Part shown: positions 1-9,796 of the stretch, one piece after another
Layout of the letters: each line of letters begins with the position of its first letter
Position numbering within the stretch: position 1 is the stretch's first letter
NCBI GenBank assembly: GCA_014801075.1
Contig: JAAVEW010000020.1
Location: 94,037 to 158,036 of the forward strand
DNA from: Barnesiella sp.
GTDB taxonomy: Bacteria > Bacteroidota > Bacteroidia > Bacteroidales > Muribaculaceae
Length of the DNA stretch: 64,000 nucleotides
Direction of reading: 5' to 3'
Program-made: the position numbers and the translations under genes
The notes under the pieces: model-generated
Told to the model about the DNA's origin: nothing
What the model saw: only the letters and a program-made list of their open reading frames with translations
Database searches by the model: none

Positions 1-408
1 ATTCTTGATTTTGACCATGTGGAATTTATCGTCAACGGCGTCAAAGTATCATTCTATGCCAACCCCAATCATTCGCCTGTGCAGCAGGTAGTTCAATATA
101 TGAATAATATCAGATTGGCAGATATGCTGTCGATTGGTGCAATGAAGATGGAAGTAATGCTGCGCAGAAGTAAATTCAGGGACTACTATGATATATATTC
201 TCTTATAGAGGCCGGAATAAATATATCGGATATGGTAAATCTCGCGCTGAAGTATTCCGGTCATAAGTTGAAGTCCAAGAATTTATTGGCTATGCTGACG
301 CGATCAGAAAGATTCCAGCCCGATAGTAATTTTGCGGCCCTGGAGCCGATCTATGATATAACCCCCAAAGATATAGAAGAGAGAATCAAAAGAGCACTCG
401 CTGATTGA
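1..408 (+). CDS. AbiEii-family nucleotidyltransferase (type IV TA/Abi toxin), C-terminal part, 5'-truncated by window
   Basis: Frame is open from base 1 (ILDFDHVEF...). The motif IGAMKMEVMLRRSKFRDYYDIYSL matches the K...R...RDxYD signature of the AbiEii family. Confidence 0.7.
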   Translation: MLDFDHVEFIVNGVKVSFYANPNHSPVQQVVQYMNNIRLADMLSIGAMKMEVMLRRSKFRDYYDIYSLIEAGINISDMVNLALKYSGHKLKSKNLLAMLTRSERFQPDSNFAALEPIYDITPKDIEERIKRALAD

Positions 409-634
409 TAAACTCGCAGCTGAGTCGATGGTTTTTCGTGCGGTTTCGGTGTGAGGAAGTTGGTCAGGCCTGTTGGGTATGGTGAGCTGTTGGCGAGGAT
501 GGGTCTGCTATTATAGAAATCAGTGAGGGTGAGTTTTGGTGTGGGGTGAGGGTTTGTCGTGGGGTTTTTCGGGAATTGGTGAATTGTTGTGAAGATTGTT
601 TGGGGGGGGAGGGGTGAATTATTGTGGGAATATT

Positions 635-666
635 TTTGTTTTTTTGGGGAATTGCTTTTAATTTTG
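635..666 (+). promoter_or_regulatory. Bacteroidetes sigma-70 promoter upstream of the structured leader
   Basis: TTTG (635-638), 20 nt, then TAATTTTG (659-666). Confidence 0.5.
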
Positions 667-669
667 TGG

Positions 670-1160
670 CGCATCTATGTACGCGGAAGCCCTTTAGAGG
701 TGGGAATGCGGACGGGATGCATTGAAATTTTATGTAAAAGGCGTTTATCCAACGCTACGTTCTTCGCGATTCAGAACTTCGCAACTTCATGTATCCGATT
801 GAAGGACATAGCAACGATAGATGTCCCGTGGATATGATTATCGTAATCATAGCCGGTAGTTTACGTAATGGTACACTCCCACAGCGGGGGTGGCATGTTG
901 CGTAATCGTGCGTATCCCGGAAACAGGATGCGGACCGATTCATACTACCACGCTATGATGGTCAGTTCTTTGTTCTATACAAAGAATTATCATATTCGGG
1001 CGTGGGCTTCTGCGTTGCTCGTTCACTAATCGGAAACGGCAATGCGAAGGCCATGAATCGCAGTGGGCGAGCAATAGATAGAGTTTCCCACGTCTTTTTG
1101 TATTCCTGAATTAATAATCCATGCGTCCGCACAGGGGAACTGCGGGGGCGCTTTTATTGT
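670..1160 (+). ncRNA. Candidate long structured RNA / 5' leader of the GTPase cluster
   Basis: No credible ORF. At least 7 stems: 804-809/821-826, 833-840/844-851, 855-860/944-949, 911-917/926-932, 966-973/979-986, 999-1006/1087-1094, 1015-1027/1062-1074. Several carry G-U pairs on the + strand. Confidence 0.45.
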
Positions 1161-1169
1161 CCAAGGGAT

Positions 1170-2261
1170 ATGAGACAGACCAATTACGTAAAGATTTTCT
1201 CTTTTCTTGCATTCTTGCTTTTCGGTGGCGTAAGTTGCTGGGCTACTGCCGAGTCACTTCACATGCTTTTGGCCTCGTGGCCTAAAATTTTCTGTTACCT
1301 CGTTGCGATAGGTTTCTTTGTAGTGGCCTCAATCGGCACGAAACTTATTGTTGACTCGCTCAATCAGAAAATCTATATCGAGGGGCGCACCGGCAAACTT
1401 ATCGGCGGCATCATACTGGTGCTGATATTCTGGCTTGCCACTTCGATGCCCACCAATACACATACCTTTATCTACCGCAATGTCATATCGGAGCGCGTCA
1501 ACAATGACGTGGACGTGACGATGGGCTACCTCGAAGATGTGGTTAAAAACACTGTTAATGAGGAAAACTGCGCGGCCATGATTGCCGAACGTGTAGCTAT
1601 AGTCAAAGGGTATCAGAACCGACTGATGACGGAAGTGAACCAGCCCAACGACCCCGGAAGCGGACCCCGCGCCGAAAATATCCTCAAAGAACTCGAAACG
1701 AAATACGGCTACCGCATAGAGCGTTATCGTCCCGGCGGAAAGAATGAGGGACTGCGCGAAGTCAATCAGGCTATCGACTTCTATAATGCTCAGTTCAATA
1801 ACCTTATCAACAATATCATCCCCAACTATTATCAGGAGAAGATGGTAAGACCTAACGAAACGAATCTCGATCAGGCTATGGCAGCTTACGAAGGGCTTGC
1901 TGACCTGAAAGATAAGATTGAGGCAGGAAGAAAGGCAAAGGGTTCGGCAAAGGGTAACGCCATCAGCCTTAACAGTGCCGAGGATATGCATGACATAGTG
2001 ATACCCCGTATCAACACCGGTTATCAGGCAGTCAGCAGCAATCATGGACTGGTAAGATTCCGTTCAGGCGATGAAGCCAAGTACAGAGCCGACCCCGTGG
2101 TTACCGAAACCCAGCGTATGACAAGTATTTTTGAAGTGTGGGGCGACTACATGGCCGGCAAGTTCAACGGTCACGGTTTCTTCTGGTGGATACTGCTCGC
2201 AGTTCTCATAGACATCGCCGCCTTCATATTCTTTGATATAGCATTTAAAAAGAGCTACTGA
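1170..2261 (+). CDS. Membrane protein (3 N-terminal TM helices, helical soluble region, C-terminal TM; DUF4407-like topology)
   Basis: 363 aa ORF with hydrophobic segments at the N-terminus and FFWWILLAVLIDIAAFIFF at the C-terminus. The family name is inferred from topology only. Confidence 0.7.
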   Translation: MRQTNYVKIFSFLAFLLFGGVSCWATAESLHMLLASWPKIFCYLVAIGFFVVASIGTKLIVDSLNQKIYIEGRTGKLIGGIILVLIFWLATSMPTNTHTFIYRNVISERVNNDVDVTMGYLEDVVKNTVNEENCAAMIAERVAIVKGYQNRLMTEVNQPNDPGSGPRAENILKELETKYGYRIERYRPGGKNEGLREVNQAIDFYNAQFNNLINNIIPNYYQEKMVRPNETNLDQAMAAYEGLADLKDKIEAGRKAKGSAKGNAISLNSAEDMHDIVIPRINTGYQAVSSNHGLVRFRSGDEAKYRADPVVTETQRMTSIFEVWGDYMAGKFNGHGFFWWILLAVLIDIAAFIFFDIAFKKSY

Positions 2262-2368
2262 TACATCAACTGATACATTAAGTTATATATAGCGTAAAAA
2301 TTTTTCAATTAGCAGAATTGATAAAACCAATCTTATTTTAATCGCAAATCATTAATCAATAATATATT

Positions 2369-3313
2369 ATGGCAAAATTTGAATTTGACGAAATGAATCG
2401 TCCTGACGATAATACCACTTCCGCCCCCGTAAGCGAGCCCGCGCAGCCTTCGGCATCCGCTCAGCCTGCCCCCAACACTTCCATACAGGGTCTCACCCAG
2501 AATGAACTTAACGACCCCAACGCAATACAGATAGTGTTGCAGAATCCCGATATACCCATTGTGGTGTTTTTCGGACCGCCTACCTGCGGCAAGACCATGA
2601 CACTGATACGCCTGTCGCGCTATCTGTTGCAGAACGGCTACTCCGTGACACCCGTGCGCTCGTTCCGCCCCGGTTACGATGAGCATTATAAGAAAATGTG
2701 CGACGACTTCAATATTATGATAAACAGTAATATAGCGCAGGAGGGTACCAACTTCATCAGCTTCATGCTCGTGGAGGTGTCATACAATGGCCGTCCGCTC
2801 TGTCAGATACTTGAAGCGCCCGGCGAGCATTATTTCAAACCGAGCAATCCCAATGCACCCTTCCCCGCTTATATAAATACTATCAGCTCGTCGTCCAACC
2901 GCAAGCTGTGGGGATTTTTCATCGAGCCTGACCACACCAACAGCCAGCTGGAGAACTCTGATCGACTCAACTATGTGAACCGCATAGGTCGTTTCAAGTC
3001 CTACATGCATCCGCGCGACAGAGTGGCCGTCATTTTCAACAAGATTGACCAGACCAACACTGTACTCAACATCGGTACGGCCAACAACTCGCTGGCCTTT
3101 CAGCTCGCCAACTACACCTATCCCGGCCTGTTCAAGCTTTTTGCCAACGAGAACCCCATCACGAAGTTTTTCAAACCTACGCGTGCGGCGTTCGTGCCCT
3201 ATATGAACGGTTACTTCACCGACCTCCAGAGTGGAGGCAGGTCTTTCCAGATCGGGCATGACAACTATCCCCGCAATCTTTGGGGCATAATTACCAAATC
3301 AATAAAGGGTTAA
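2369..3313 (+). CDS. TRAFAC-class GTPase-domain protein
   Basis: G1 GPPTCGKT, G3-like EAPGE, G4 NKID. Confidence 0.75.
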   Translation: MAKFEFDEMNRPDDNTTSAPVSEPAQPSASAQPAPNTSIQGLTQNELNDPNAIQIVLQNPDIPIVVFFGPPTCGKTMTLIRLSRYLLQNGYSVTPVRSFRPGYDEHYKKMCDDFNIMINSNIAQEGTNFISFMLVEVSYNGRPLCQILEAPGEHYFKPSNPNAPFPAYINTISSSSNRKLWGFFIEPDHTNSQLENSDRLNYVNRIGRFKSYMHPRDRVAVIFNKIDQTNTVLNIGTANNSLAFQLANYTYPGLFKLFANENPITKFFKPTRAAFVPYMNGYFTDLQSGGRSFQIGHDNYPRNLWGIITKSIKG

Positions 3314-3315
3314 GT

Positions 3316-5076
3316 ATGGCAATAAATATTATAGTCCACGGCGTTACCACCGGGTTTGACACCAACGAGAGTAATTACCCGCCATTCATTCAGAGTTTCT
3401 ATAACCGACCGAACGGTGAGTCATACTTCATAGCCGAGATACTGCGCGATGCAACGGGAGTGAAAAGTTGCTACACGCTCTATATGTCGAACAATGTGTC
3501 AAATTATAGCAACCGCGCCGGTTCATACTTCGGTATATCGGTGATAATCGACAACAATGCTTGTCTCGATGTCAAGGCACTCTACAGTGCTTTGTTATCG
3601 ACATTCAGTAACTCCATAGTGGGCACGGTGCTCGAAAAGCAGGGGAGCGGCTACCGCTACAAGGTGGGTAGCTTTGCCGCGGCCGCCGATATTATTAATA
3701 CTGCTGTAGAGAAGCTCTTCGGCCAGATACAGAACACATTGAAGACTTCGCATGCACCGATTGACAGTACCTATCACCTGAGTTCGGGCAATCTGTCGGA
3801 CTGGAATCCCGCCGACCTGACCGACAGCGATGTCAACAAGATTATAAAAAGAGACGGAGGTATCAAGCTGTCAAACGAATATCCCATGCAGGCGCAGAAG
3901 AAACTGCTTGACGAGGAGCGTCGCAAGCGACAGCAGGATGCTGAGGCTGCCCATGCCGAAATGGAGCGGCAGAAAGCCCTCGCCGAGAAGCGACTGGCCG
4001 AGGAACGCGAACGCGCCGCGCGGCAGGCAAAGCAATTGACCGATGAGGTAAAGGCTACGGCCGACCGCATCACGCGTGAGAGCCGCGAGAAAGTGCGTGC
4101 CGTAGAAAACAGGTTTGGCGCTGAAATCGCTGACCTTCGTGACCAATTGGCCAAGAAGGATGACGTAATACGCAGCTACAATGACGAGTACGTGAAATTG
4201 GCCACATCCATTGAGCAGCTCAACAAACGTATCGCCGACCATCAGGCTGACGGCTATAAGGGCTACGGCTCAGAGATGAAACGCCTTGCCGACGGTTACA
4301 GCGGCCTTAGCGAAAGAATTGCAACGCTCGAGACAAAGGGCGTGGGCCGCACTACAGCTGCTCCCGTCGACGGAGGCGGACAGCCCCCGGTCCCTAAACC
4401 CAATCCTCACCGCGGCGGCGACAGTAAGAAACTATATCTGATTCTTGGAGGCGTCATACTGGTGATACTGATAGCTCTTATTGTGATTTTCGCAAGTGGC
4501 GAGTCATCTGACAACTCGAATGAGAATCCCGCTGAACAAGAGCAAATCAAGCCCTCGGACGACAACCGTAAAGTCGATAATGGCGGTAAAATAGACAAAG
4601 ACGACAAGGACGACAAAGGCGGCAGTACCGGCGACTTAGGTAACATTTGGGGCAATTCGCAGGATCAGTTGCCGGTTGACCAGGATGGAAGCAATGGATA
4701 TGAGGCGTTGGAGGACCCGGGAAGTCTGTATGACGGTGCATATCCGTTGCCCATTGAGATGCTGAATGAAATAAAAATTACCATCAGTGACAAACTTTAC
4801 GGTGGAAATAGAAAAATCTCTTTAAGAAAGGCCTCCATTCAGGAGCTGATTAAGGAGGCTTTGCCTAATAAGAGATGCGAAGTTGTAGTGTCATATCCTG
4901 ATGGCACGGCTGTTTATTCGGAAGATATCCGGGGATATGAATTTCAGTGTGATTTTAAACCTGAAGGGTTAATGAGTCATTCCCATGGAGGCACCTATAA
5001 TGATTATCAGGTGAGAATGATTTATGACTTCGGAACATTCGAGCGTAAGAATAATGAGACCACCTTTATCCCCTGA
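3316..5076 (+). CDS. GTPase-associated membrane protein (globular N-domain, coiled coil, single TM, acidic C-domain)
   Basis: Start taken at MAINII (3316), just after the GTPase stop. Charged coiled coil, then TM LYLILGGVILVILIALIVIFA. Confidence 0.65.
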   Translation: MAINIIVHGVTTGFDTNESNYPPFIQSFYNRPNGESYFIAEILRDATGVKSCYTLYMSNNVSNYSNRAGSYFGISVIIDNNACLDVKALYSALLSTFSNSIVGTVLEKQGSGYRYKVGSFAAAADIINTAVEKLFGQIQNTLKTSHAPIDSTYHLSSGNLSDWNPADLTDSDVNKIIKRDGGIKLSNEYPMQAQKKLLDEERRKRQQDAEAAHAEMERQKALAEKRLAEERERAARQAKQLTDEVKATADRITRESREKVRAVENRFGAEIADLRDQLAKKDDVIRSYNDEYVKLATSIEQLNKRIADHQADGYKGYGSEMKRLADGYSGLSERIATLETKGVGRTTAAPVDGGGQPPVPKPNPHRGGDSKKLYLILGGVILVILIALIVIFASGESSDNSNENPAEQEQIKPSDDNRKVDNGGKIDKDDKDDKGGSTGDLGNIWGNSQDQLPVDQDGSNGYEALEDPGSLYDGAYPLPIEMLNEIKITISDKLYGGNRKISLRKASIQELIKEALPNKRCEVVVSYPDGTAVYSEDIRGYEFQCDFKPEGLMSHSHGGTYNDYQVRMIYDFGTFERKNNETTFIP

Positions 5077-5089
5077 CACCGTAGATTGT

Positions 5090-6553
5090 ATGAATATTTC
5101 AGTATATGTATTTAAGAAGGTCGGGAGGGAAACGGGAGCTAAAGTGGAATCCTTCCCGACCGCTCTTGACAAGGGGACGCAGAAGGTTGTCGGCGATATC
5201 AGAATCGAGGGCGAGAGGAACGCCGCCCTCGTGGTGAGGCGCAATGGCAATCTGATGTATTATATCTATGCAGTCAATGTTGACGATGATATATTCGGGT
5301 TTATATTTATAGTGAATAATGCCTATCTTGCGCATGTGGATTCGTTGAGTCGCTTCTGCAGCGATATGATAGGCACGATAGCCGCCCGACACTTGCTTCT
5401 GAAATGGTCGTCGGCGGGTCAGCTGTGCTTTACCGACTCTCGATTCGTGAAGTGTAGCGACGAGGCGAGTCAGGTGTTGATGCGTCTTGAAGAGATACGC
5501 AACGTGTCGGTGTTCAACAAGGCAATCGCGCTCCCTCTGCTCGACTATGGTGCTGAGACCAAGCACGTTGTTATGAATTGTTGGAATTCACAAGAGCTGC
5601 CTGCCATACCGCAGAGCCACCGTCAGGTGGAGGTTGTGGAGATGCGGCTGCCGAAAGTCGATTTCCACGTGGCGGACGTGATACACTCGCTGCACGATAC
5701 CAACCTCTCGTGGGAAAAACAGTATGATGAACTGACGGAGAAATATACCAGACTCAGTAATCAGAAGAAGAGGATGAAATGGGTGATAATCCTCGGTTTG
5801 TGCATGGTGGCCGGCGGTGTGGTGCTGTTTGCCGTGAACAAGAATCTGAAACGTACGCAGTCAAATCTGAGCGAAGCACATACAGCTATCGACAGCCTGT
5901 CGGTGGAGAAAGCTGTTTTAATCTCCGACGTGGATAAACTGTATAATGTCTCCGAAATATACAGTAATGAAATAAAGTCATTGAAATCGGACTATATTAC
6001 GGCCATTGACAGGATATCATATCTGGAGTCAAAAATGCCGGTTGAGGTGACTTCAATGAGGTTGATTTATATTTGTGACGGTTATTCTTATTCCGGAGGG
6101 ACGCCGGTCAAGGATCAGGTAAGCGCCATCAGTTTTGATGTCAAATACAAGGTCAGCCGATTCAAGGGAGTCGATATTTCGAAATACCCTTCGGTGGAAC
6201 TCTACCGTCCGGCCCGGTATGACCTTAAGGAGCAGGAAGCAAATGCCAATCTTATTGAAGAAGAGCAGCCGGAAATACAGGCAGAAGCTGAGTCTGCAGA
6301 TTGCTCTCGACCTAAACAATTGTATCTTGCTTTGAGATGTTATTACAAACCGTATTCTTCAGGTTCATTGGATTATGTTCTGAAAGGGGTATACGGTTTT
6401 ACACTTAATATCTCTTCCAGCAGTAGCGGGTCTGTCAGTACGCCGTCGTTCAGCATGGGCTTCACTAAATTCCCCGCAGGGGCTTATCGCATAGAACTAT
6501 GGGATACGTGGGAGAACAAGTGTATGTATTATACTGTTTTCACTATAAGTTAA
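5090..6553 (+). CDS. Second GTPase-associated membrane protein (N-domain, coiled coil, TM, C-domain)
   Basis: Start taken at MNISVYVF (5090). TM WVIILGLCMVAGGVVLFAV is flanked by coiled coils; same layout as 3316-5076. Confidence 0.65.
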   Translation: MNISVYVFKKVGRETGAKVESFPTALDKGTQKVVGDIRIEGERNAALVVRRNGNLMYYIYAVNVDDDIFGFIFIVNNAYLAHVDSLSRFCSDMIGTIAARHLLLKWSSAGQLCFTDSRFVKCSDEASQVLMRLEEIRNVSVFNKAIALPLLDYGAETKHVVMNCWNSQELPAIPQSHRQVEVVEMRLPKVDFHVADVIHSLHDTNLSWEKQYDELTEKYTRLSNQKKRMKWVIILGLCMVAGGVVLFAVNKNLKRTQSNLSEAHTAIDSLSVEKAVLISDVDKLYNVSEIYSNEIKSLKSDYITAIDRISYLESKMPVEVTSMRLIYICDGYSYSGGTPVKDQVSAISFDVKYKVSRFKGVDISKYPSVELYRPARYDLKEQEANANLIEEEQPEIQAEAESADCSRPKQLYLALRCYYKPYSSGSLDYVLKGVYGFTLNISSSSSGSVSTPSFSMGFTKFPAGAYRIELWDTWENKCMYYTVFTIS

Positions 6554-6592
6554 TTATTAGGCTGTATATAAGATAGTTAAGCGGTGGTGTTG

Positions 6593-6619
6593 GAGCGCGG
6601 GTCAGGAGACCCCCGCCAC
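6593..6619 (+). repeat. REP-like GC-rich repeat, single copy
   Basis: GAGCGCGGGTCAGGAGACCCCCGCCAC is identical to the core at 19266-19292. Confidence 0.8.
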
Positions 6620-6826
6620 ATGGTGTTATCCCTGCTATGTGGTATAAAAGTGAGAGTGCGCTGTAAACATTAATTACGACACTGCCCTCTTTTTCTTTTT
6701 CAATGTGTAAAAAAATCGGGGTGGGTGGCGTAAACGTGAATAAAAAACGGGGGCGGGGTGGCGTATTGTCGAAGATATTTGCTATATTCGCGTTATAAAC
6801 CGTTTTTTTGATAATTTGATATTACC

Positions 6827-7507
6827 ATGACAATAGCAATAATTGTGGCGATGGACAAGGAGTTGCAGCTTTTGCTGCCGCTGCTGTCGGAGCCGCGCAC
6901 CACTGTGATTGACGGCATTACGTTCTATCTGGGCGATGCCGGTAACAACTCGCTTGTGATAATGAAATCGGGCATAGGCAAGGTGAATGCCGCGCTTGCC
7001 ACGATGCAGATGATACGCCAGTTTGCGCCTGACCTTGTGATAAATACGGGTGTGGCCGGCGGCACGGGTTCCGATGCCCGTATTCTCGACATCGTTGTGG
7101 GCGAGCGTATAGCGTATCACGACGTGTGGTGCGGTCCTGACACCGTTGAGGGTCAGGCGGCACGCTGTCCCCGCTTCTTTGAGTCGGACGGCAAGGTGGC
7201 GTCGCTCCCCGTGCTGCGCGACAATCCCCGTGTGCGTCACGGACTTATAGCGTCGGGCGATATCTTCGTGGCCGACCCTGCGGTCGTGGCCCGTATCAAG
7301 GAGCTCTATCCCGATGTGCTTGCCGTGGACATGGAGTCGGCGGCGATAGCCCACACCTGCTTCCTGCTCAACACGCCGTTCTTCTGCATCCGCGTGGTCA
7401 GCGACACCCCCGGGGCGGCCGACAACGTGGCGCAGTATGACGACTTCTGGGAGGCTGCTCCGCGACAGTCGTTTGAAATCATCTCATCGATACTCAATGC
7501 GCTCTAA
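6827..7507 (+). CDS. mtnN: 5'-methylthioadenosine/S-adenosylhomocysteine nucleosidase
   Basis: IAIIVAMDKE, SGIGKVNAA, INTGVAGG, AVDMESAAIA and IRVVSD motifs. Confidence 0.93.
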   Translation: MTIAIIVAMDKELQLLLPLLSEPRTTVIDGITFYLGDAGNNSLVIMKSGIGKVNAALATMQMIRQFAPDLVINTGVAGGTGSDARILDIVVGERIAYHDVWCGPDTVEGQAARCPRFFESDGKVASLPVLRDNPRVRHGLIASGDIFVADPAVVARIKELYPDVLAVDMESAAIAHTCFLLNTPFFCIRVVSDTPGAADNVAQYDDFWEAAPRQSFEIISSILNAL

Positions 7508-7553
7508 GGGTGTGCTTAATAGTTTAATCCGAATCAAAACACTCTGAGCCACG

Positions 7554-8036
7554 ATGAAAAAGATTGCAAGTTTTACCATCGACCACACGCGCCTTGAGCC
7601 GGGCATATTCCTTTCGCGCCGCGACACCACCCCCTTGGGCGACGTTATCTCTACATTTGACATACGCCTTACGCGCCCCAACCGCGAGTCTGCGGTCGAT
7701 GGCGCTGCGCTCCACACGATAGAACACCTTGCCGCCACCTTCCTGCGCAACCACGCGCAGTGGGCCGACCGCGTAATCTACTGGGGCCCTATGGGTTGCC
7801 TCACGGGCAGCTACCTGTTGCTGTCGGGCGAACTCACCTCGGAGGATATATTGCCTCTCGTGCGCGAGACATTTGCCTTTATCGCTGACTTCGAGGGGGA
7901 TATACCCGGAGCTACGGCGCGCGACTGCGGCAACTGGACCTACAACAACCTGCCGGAGGCACGCCGCGTGGCACGCCGATTCCTCGACGAGACGCTCGCC
8001 TCGCCGTCGGCCGACAATCTTAACTATCCCGACTGA
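7554..8036 (+). CDS. luxS: S-ribosylhomocysteine lyase (AI-2 synthase)
   Basis: IASFTIDH, HTIEHLAATFLR, GPMGCLTG and CGN motifs; adjacent to mtnN. Confidence 0.95.
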   Translation: MKKIASFTIDHTRLEPGIFLSRRDTTPLGDVISTFDIRLTRPNRESAVDGAALHTIEHLAATFLRNHAQWADRVIYWGPMGCLTGSYLLLSGELTSEDILPLVRETFAFIADFEGDIPGATARDCGNWTYNNLPEARRVARRFLDETLASPSADNLNYPD

Positions 8037-8149
8037 TTGCGCCGCAGCCCGTGGCCGTGCGCCCCGCTGCAGCAATCCGTCACGAGCGCCCGCTACGGGC
8101 GCTGACTATTTAATAATGACCTACACAACTGACCTACCATACTTTAGCT

Positions 8150-8800
8150 ATGAAAGATCTGACAGCCATCAAAGGCCGTTACTACATTCATTCGCTCATC
8201 GAAGAGGGTGAGCACGAGCAGCAGGACTTTAAGTTTGCCATCACGGACGCGCGTAAGATAGCGCGTTCGATATCGGCGTTTGCCAACCATTCGGGGGGCC
8301 GTCTGCTCATCGGGGTGAAGGACAACGGCGTGGTGGCGGGCGTGCGCAACGAGGAGGATGTCTACATGATAGAGACGGCGGCCGAGATGTATTGCCGTCC
8401 GGCAGTGGAGGTGACGATGACGGCGTTTAAGGTTGACCCGGGCACGGTGGTGATACGCGCCGAGATACCGAAGGCGTTGCATCCGCCTGTGCATGTGGTG
8501 GAGAAGGGCGACATGCTGCGCGCCTATTACCGTGTGAATGACGAGAATATCGTGGCCCACCCGCTGTTGCTGAGTGCGTGGAGGCATTATGCGTCGGATG
8601 AGGGTGCGCTGGTGGCTTTTGACGAGAACCACCGTTTGCTGATTGATATGATTAACGCCGCGGGCTTCACCACGCTTGAGGAGTTTGTGCGGCAGTCCCA
8701 CTTGTCGACGCCCACTGCGATAGAGCTTATCGGTAGGCTGGCCGCTTCGTCGGTGGTCAATCTCGTGTATCAGCGCGGTCAACTGGTGATTACGGTATAG
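8150..8800 (+). CDS. AlbA_2/Schlafen-like putative DNA-binding domain protein
   Basis: EGEHEQQDFK...ISAFANHSGGRLLIGVKDNG signature. Confidence 0.8.
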   Translation: MKDLTAIKGRYYIHSLIEEGEHEQQDFKFAITDARKIARSISAFANHSGGRLLIGVKDNGVVAGVRNEEDVYMIETAAEMYCRPAVEVTMTAFKVDPGTVVIRAEIPKALHPPVHVVEKGDMLRAYYRVNDENIVAHPLLLSAWRHYASDEGALVAFDENHRLLIDMINAAGFTTLEEFVRQSHLSTPTAIELIGRLAASSVVNLVYQRGQLVITV

Positions 8801-9647
8801 TAGCATAGCTGACGGGGCGGTTTTTGAGCCATGTCAGCTGTTTTTTTGCGTAGACGCGGGTGTTGCGTGCTATTTTGGCTATGGCTTCGTCGAGGGTTGT
8901 GAGACCGTCGATGTAGGGCCATAATTCCTTGTATCCTACGGTGTTGAGTGAGTTGAGGTGGCGCAGGTGGCTTACGGCGCGCGCTTCCTCCACGAGGCCG
9001 TTGTCAATCATTACGTTGACGCGGCGGTTGATGCGGTCGAAGAGCTCGGGGCGCGGCATGTCGATAGCGTGCATCTCGATGTCGAAATCGCGGGGCTTGA
9101 TGCGGCCGGTGCGCAGCGAGGAGTAGGGGACGCCCGCCTGACGGCATATCTCGATGGCGTGGACGAGGCGTTTGTGGTTGTTGAGGTCGACCTGACGGTA
9201 GTAGACGGGGTCGAGTTCGAGCAGCGTGAGGCGCAGTTGCTGCAGGCCGCCACGCTCGTAGAGTGCCCACGCTTCGGCGCGAATCTCGTCGGAGATGGTG
9301 GGTAGCTCGTCGATGCCGCGGGTCACGGCGTCGATATACATCATTGAGCCGCCGCAAAGTATCTGCACGGGCGATTTCTCCCATAGCGAGGGGAGCAGCG
9401 CCATGACATCCTCCTCGTATTGGGCGGCCGAGTAGTAGTCGCCGAGCGAGAGGTTGCCTATGAAGTGGTGGTTGACGCGGGCGAGGTCGTCGGCCGTGGG
9501 GGCAGCGGTGCCGACGGGTATTTCGCGGAACATCTGCCGGGAGTCGGCCGAGATGATGTCGCAGCCGTAGCGCTCGGCCAGTTGCATGGCGAGCTCGCTT
9601 TTGCCCGAGCCGGTGGGGCCCGTTATGACTATCAGCCGATTGCGCAT
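8790..9647 (-). CDS. miaA: tRNA dimethylallyltransferase
   Basis: GPTGSGKS, IISADSRQ, GGSMMY, TVGYKE and TRVYAKKQLTW motifs. Confidence 0.95.
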   Translation of the reverse strand: MRNRLIVITGPTGSGKSELAMQLAERYGCDIISADSRQMFREIPVGTAAPTADDLARVNHHFIGNLSLGDYYSAAQYEEDVMALLPSLWEKSPVQILCGGSMMYIDAVTRGIDELPTISDEIRAEAWALYERGGLQQLRLTLLELDPVYYRQVDLNNHKRLVHAIEICRQAGVPYSSLRTGRIKPRDFDIEMHAIDMPRPELFDRINRRVNVMIDNGLVEEARAVSHLRHLNSLNTVGYKELWPYIDGLTTLDEAIAKIARNTRVYAKKQLTWLKNRPVSYATIP

Positions 9648-9796
9648 AGTGGGGAGACGTGGTTTTGTGGTAATGAAATCGCGTCCGCATGTGGGGTACG
9701 TTATACCGTCGGGGAGGACGGCGACCGGCGATGCGGACGCGATGTATCGCGTCCCTGCTGCTACAGTCAGATGGCAGCAGGGGGTGGGATGCTTGA

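Noticed and set aside
602-609. G8 tract as a phase-variable promoter switch
   Set aside because: It lies upstream of the -33 box rather than in the spacer, inside a generally G/T-rich low-complexity stretch (430-650).
6827-8036. mtnN-luxS as a novel quorum-sensing locus
   Set aside because: This is the standard SAH detoxification/AI-2 pathway pairing, with no receptor or unusual partner.
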